Shown: piece after piece, positions 34,579 through 37,471 of the stretch | How positions within the stretch are numbered: position 1 is the stretch's first letter | Layout: every line of letters begins with the position of its first letter | DNA from: a virus | Lineage: Duplodnaviria > Caudoviricetes | Reading direction: 5' to 3' (one strand) | DNA: 37,471 nt | IMG/VR virus record: IMGVR_UViG_3300032335_000770 | Coordinates: 1-37,471 of that record | The notes under the pieces: generated by a model | Databases searched by the model: none | What the model saw: only the letters and a program-made list of their open reading frames with translations | Told to the model about the DNA's origin: nothing | Program-made: the position numbers and the translations under genes

Positions 34579-34671
34579 GCCTAACCAGCGCATCACAGAC
34601 AAGGCGCTGACGGGGCCGTTGAGTTGATTTATTGTCCGTCCGCAGCGCCTGTCTGACTGCGAATGTTCGGC
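34579..34671 (+). repeat. attC-like site 1
   Basis: GCCTAAC..CAGAC(A)AGGCGCTG / CAGCGCCTGTCTG..GTTCGGC; 93 bp. Confidence 0.75.
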
Positions 34672-34871
34672 TGAAAGTATGCGGTGGCCATTGAGAGAGC
34701 TTCGCGGAAAGCGCGGTGCCGGTTCTCGTGCATTTTCCGGCACGGCATTTCGGGTTTTAGTCCGGCGACCACCAGCCGCTCGGCTTCGACCACGCCAGCG
34801 AGCAGTTGCAAGAACCCATCCGCCGAACCAGACGCCACAGAACAACGCTCGGGAATTTTCCGTTTTTTCAT
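34629..34871 (-). CDS. cassette 2 hypothetical protein
   Basis: 80 aa. GGAG and ATG lie inside the attC2 loop; the stop lies inside the attC1 loop. Confidence 0.6.
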   Translation of the reverse strand: MKKRKIPERCSVASGSADGFLQLLAGVVEAERLVVAGLKPEMPCRKMHENRHRAFREALSMATAYFQPNIRSQTGAADGQ

Positions 34872-34934
34872 ATTTAATCTCCGCTCAGCGCCGAGGGACG
34901 TTCGCCCGAGCGTGTCTGAGCTAAATTGTTAGGC
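34822..34934 (+). repeat. attC-like site 2
   Basis: GCCGAAC..CAGA(A)CA(A)CGCTCGGG / CCCGAGCGTGTCTG..GTTAGGC; 113 bp. Confidence 0.8.
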
Positions 34935-35105
34935 ATTGGCTGGCGTTGATGCTTTTGGGAATCGCGTGAGTTCTACTTCGGCCAAGGCGATTGCTTCGGC
35001 GTAGGTTTCGGCCTCGACGCGGGCATCACGCATTTTCAGCCGCGCCAGTTTTTCTCGTGAGGTTAGATCGGCAATTACTCGTTTGAGGTGTTCTTGTTCG
35101 GTCAT
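34929..35105 (-). CDS. cassette 3 hypothetical 58-aa helical protein (not in ORF track)
   Basis: MTEQEHLKRVIADLTSREKLARLKMRDARVEAETYAEAIALAEVELTRFPKASTPANA; TAA inside the core site. Confidence 0.7.
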   Translation of the reverse strand: MTEQEHLKRVIADLTSREKLARLKMRDARVEAETYAEAIALAEVELTRFPKASTPANA

Positions 35106-35135
35106 TTTATTGGTATGTTTGAGGTTAAAAACGGA

Positions 35136-35222
35136 GCCTAACCATGCACTACAGAGAACGCGGGCAAGGCCCCCATTGCGTGCTAGGGCCGGTCCTCCGC
35201 GTCTCTGACCGCGACGTCACGC
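35136..35222 (+). repeat. attC-like site 3 (degenerate right core, GTCACGC)
   Basis: GCCTAAC..T(A)CAGAG(A)ACGCGG / CCGCGTCTCTGA; 87 bp. Confidence 0.7.
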
Positions 35223-35284
35223 GCTCCTCCTCTCGTCGCCCATGCCGCGCTCGATCTTGTTGCGGAAGTTGGCGGGCAAGGTGT

Positions 35285-35320
35285 GCGCAGGGTGGTGAGG
35301 AGTGCGTCGGAGGCGGTCAC
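35285..35320 (-). pseudogene. relic of the terL 5' end
   Basis: Encodes MTASDALLTTLR versus terL MTASDILCATLR; shares GTGACCGCCTCCGAC. Confidence 0.65.
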
Positions 35321-35499
35321 GCGATCAGGTGGAGCGCCCACGTTGAAAACGCTTCGCTCTGACTTATGCCGCGAGCCTTGCACCACGCACGGAACCGCGC
35401 AGCGACTTGCGGACGCACGCGCACCGTCACGGCGACGGCGCGCTGGTTAGGCGCGAGCGGCTTGCGGCCCGCTCCTTTGCGTTTGCCGCCGGAGGTCAT
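35317..35499 (-). CDS. small DNA-binding protein (GGKRKGAGRKP + ribbon-helix-helix-like)
   Basis: MTSGGKRKGAGRKP..VAVTVRVRPQVAARFRAWC..GISQSE; ATGA overlap. Confidence 0.7.
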   Translation of the reverse strand: MTSGGKRKGAGRKPLAPNQRAVAVTVRVRPQVAARFRAWCKARGISQSEAFSTWALHLIA

Positions 35500-35702
35500 G
35501 GCTGAGACTCTTTTTTTGCCGAGTTTTCTTTTTGGCAATTGTATCGAAAACCAAGTTCGTTTCTCCATCCGGTCATTTCTTCCAGCTTTTCAAGCAGGAA
35601 TTGCACATCGTTTGCCGCTTCGGTTCTTGATCCTCCTGCCGTAAAATATCCGCCACCGTAAAGGGTGGCGGAGCGTTTTTTAATTTCTGCAAGGGTGTTC
35701 AC
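35496..35702 (-). CDS. hypothetical protein
   Basis: 68 aa; coupled on both sides. Confidence 0.55.
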   Translation of the reverse strand: MNTLAEIKKRSATLYGGGYFTAGGSRTEAANDVQFLLEKLEEMTGWRNELGFRYNCQKENSAKKESQP

Positions 35703-35908
35703 GCTACGGTGTATCCTTTGCGTTGAGCAAAAACAACAAAGTCGCTGAACTTTGTTTTTGGCATTTCAATAGAAACTGGAGCAACACCAGCGCAGCCAAA
35801 CATTTGCCGAAAAAAATCGCGAGCGCGTTCAGTAGCTGGCGCGACGGTAACAGTGACCAAGGAAAAATCGCCAGTGGCGATGAAGTCGAATGAGGAGGCA
35901 GAGGTCAT
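35699..35908 (-). CDS. hypothetical protein
   Basis: 69 aa; first gene of the insert. Confidence 0.6.
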   Translation of the reverse strand: MTSASSFDFIATGDFSLVTVTVAPATERARDFFRQMFGCAGVAPVSIEMPKTKFSDFVVFAQRKGYTVA

Positions 35909-35909
35909 G

Positions 35910-35957
35910 TTTCAAACCCTAAAGCCCGTTTGATTGATTGCAAGCACTATTTCAAAC
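35910..35957 (-). promoter_or_regulatory. putative promoter/operator of the accessory insert
   Basis: TTGCAA-16nt-TAGGGT, 7 nt before the ATG. tttcaaac occurs at 35910 and 35950, with an inverted gtttga at 35928. Confidence 0.4.
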
Positions 35958-35964
35958 AATCGCT

Positions 35965-36441
35965 TCACTCCCTCGACCGGTCCAGCGCCTCGGCCTCGAA
36001 CGTCGCAATGTTCGCGTTCACGATCTCGCGGATCTCCGACAAGATCGCTGCGCCTTCGACGTTCAGTTCGGCGGCGTTCATCCCGACGCCGCGAGGTCCG
36101 AGTTCGATTGTCAGCTTGAGCCGCAGCAGCAGGTCCAACTTTTGGCCAAGCGTTACCAGCATCGCCTCGACCACTTCCCGATCAATCACGTCGCCGGCCT
36201 CGCGCTCGTTCTTGGACCGGGCGAGGCGGATTTGCTCGCGCATGAGTTCGGCTTTGAGGTCGGCGAGTCCGCCGCCGCTTCCGCCTACGCGTCCAAGTCC
36301 GTGCGAGTCAGCCCACGCTTTGACTTGCTCGAAAGTGCCGTCGTGCGGAAAGCCGTCGCGCTTGCGCCAGTTGCGCAGCGTGCGGATGTCGATTTGCAGC
36401 TTTTCAGAAAGCGCGATCAGATCGGGTTCAGGCTTGGGCAT
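35965..36441 (-). CDS. terS: terminase small subunit (Nu1-like)
   Basis: N-terminal HTH (IDIRTLRNWRKRDGFP..VKAW), coiled coil, GDVIDREVVE. Confidence 0.8.
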   Translation of the reverse strand: MPKPEPDLIALSEKLQIDIRTLRNWRKRDGFPHDGTFEQVKAWADSHGLGRVGGSGGGLADLKAELMREQIRLARSKNEREAGDVIDREVVEAMLVTLGQKLDLLLRLKLTIELGPRGVGMNAAELNVEGAAILSEIREIVNANIATFEAEALDRSRE

Positions 36442-37357
36442 AGTTTGAACCTTTGCTGATATTTTCCGACGCCCACATTGGCTGGAGATTGCGCCAGTTG
36501 AAACACTGAATCACCTGCTCTTTGTCGTTCAAATCAAACGATGCGCACGGCCTGATGTGGTCAACGTGCCATTCGCCGTAATTTTCCCACGTCATTCCTT
36601 TCTCAAATTTGCCCTCGATGTAGGTTCTGAGAAATTCAACTGAGCACCCGACCAGAGAAAATGAGCCCCTGCTATTAACTCTGTTCCTTTTCATTGCGCT
36701 CCATATCCGACTCATGACGCGCTTTCTGAGCCTGACAGACGGAATCGTCATTTTCATCTGATATCTCGCTTTTCTTGTTTCGCTAGGAGTCAGCGAATCG
36801 CTTGGCTTGAAATAATTCCTTCGCTTGGTCGTGTCGATCCCAGCCTCTTTCAAAGCGTGCAAAACCTGACAGCTAGACGTTCCAAATTCCTTGGCGATTG
36901 TTTTGCATCCTCTTCCTTGATGATAACGAGCCATCATGACGATGATGTTATCCCATGCTTTGCTTGCGCTTGATCTGAACTGAATCGCATTACTGCCGCC
37001 TTTAACGTGGCGTCCAGTCAGCCAATCAATCACGTCGCCCTGAATTACTTTGTGAAGCTTGCAGATGTGAACCCATCCCATCGTTTGATCGTAAATTATT
37101 TGTCTCAGCTTTGGACCGATCTGAGACCGATGGAAGAATAGCGACCCCCGATAGCTTATGTCCACGAGAGCCATTCGATAGAGTCCTTTTAATTGCGATA
37201 ATTCTGATATCGTCTGGTCGCAGATTTCTCCCGTGTAAATGTTTTGCCATCTGTGCAACCACCCCACGCGAGAGTTTGGCGTTGTTGGCGCACGCCGAAA
37301 GTTTTGCGTCGGTTTTTGCACGCCCTCCTTTTCGTCCCATAGCTCTAGCTGCTTCAT
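36428..37357 (-). CDS. HNH-type (homing-like) endonuclease
   Basis: LVGCSVEFLRTYIEGKFEKGMTWENYGEWHVDHIRPCASFDL..CFNWRNLQPMWASENISK. Internal HTH; lower GC than its neighbours. True start uncertain. Confidence 0.8.
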   Translation of the reverse strand: MKQLELWDEKEGVQKPTQNFRRAPTTPNSRVGWLHRWQNIYTGEICDQTISELSQLKGLYRMALVDISYRGSLFFHRSQIGPKLRQIIYDQTMGWVHICKLHKVIQGDVIDWLTGRHVKGGSNAIQFRSSASKAWDNIIVMMARYHQGRGCKTIAKEFGTSSCQVLHALKEAGIDTTKRRNYFKPSDSLTPSETRKARYQMKMTIPSVRLRKRVMSRIWSAMKRNRVNSRGSFSLVGCSVEFLRTYIEGKFEKGMTWENYGEWHVDHIRPCASFDLNDKEQVIQCFNWRNLQPMWASENISKGSNYAQA

Positions 37358-37385
37358 TTAGCAAAACGCTTGGTTGTGTGTCCAT
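37026..37385 (-). CDS. possible overlapping small basic protein (KGG motif)
   Basis: AARAMGRKGGRAKTDAKLSACANNAK resembles a common small phage protein motif. Overlaps the HNH ORF in another frame. Confidence 0.4.
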   Translation of the reverse strand: MDTQPSVLLNEAARAMGRKGGRAKTDAKLSACANNAKLSRGVVAQMAKHLHGRNLRPDDIRIIAIKRTLSNGSRGHKLSGVAILPSVSDRSKAETNNLRSNDGMGSHLQASQSNSGRRD

Positions 37386-37471
37386 TGAGTCAAATTTCTT
37401 TTGCGATGGCTGCGGAACAAAGGTCAAAAAAAATTACGTCCGTTTTTGCTCTAGGTCGCTTAACCCGCGCC

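Larger units (their letters stand above)
34286..35222. mobile_element. integron-like gene cassette array without integrase (three attC sites)
   Basis: Core sites pair across each cassette: GTTAGGC 34286 with GCCTAAC 34579; GTTCGGC 34665 with GCCGAAC 34822; GTTAGGC 34928 with GCCTAAC 35136. One small ORF per cassette. Confidence 0.75.

Noticed and set aside
34579-35222. Palindromes as simple terminators or CRISPR repeats
   Set aside because: No U-tracts after the stems, the sequences differ from each other, spacing is gene-sized, and AAC/GTT core pairing fits attC better.
33451-35421. 103-bp and 121-bp repeats as DGR elements or prophage att sites
   Set aside because: Substitutions are not A-specific, there is no RT or integrase, and the repeats are explained as duplicated gene fragments.

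Overview
The window looks like a complete or nearly complete ~37.5 kb tailed dsDNA phage genome with lambda-like morphogenesis genes (siphovirus type). Every credible gene is on the minus strand. In transcription order (high to low coordinates) it carries: HNH endonuclease; terS; a 2.8 kb accessory insert; terL (GpA type); gpW-like protein; portal; a 1191-aa fibre with an SGNH esterase domain; holin-like genes; protease/scaffold; decoration protein; major capsid; two glycosyltransferases; connector and tail genes with a -1 frameshift chaperone and a short tape measure; a metallophosphoesterase. An early/replication arm follows: i-type lysozyme, modular TPRTD proteins, DUF6948-like plus Gly/Ser pair, RecT/ExoVIII, RusA, HNH, initiator, PAPS-reductase-like protein, DnaC-like ATPase and an HTH protein. 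No integrase, repressor, RT, tRNA or CRISPR array was seen. The most striking feature is a short array of three integron-type attC sites delimiting small gene cassettes (34286-35222), with no integrase in the genome. It sits between terS and terL at a hotspot where the first codons of terL are triplicated. Other highlights are a TTTGACG motif 14-15 nt before the start codons of the structural operons, an attenuator-like RNA at 3797-3905, and a microhomology-built modular gene region at 8-10 kb. All family assignments come from motif recognition by eye, not database searches.
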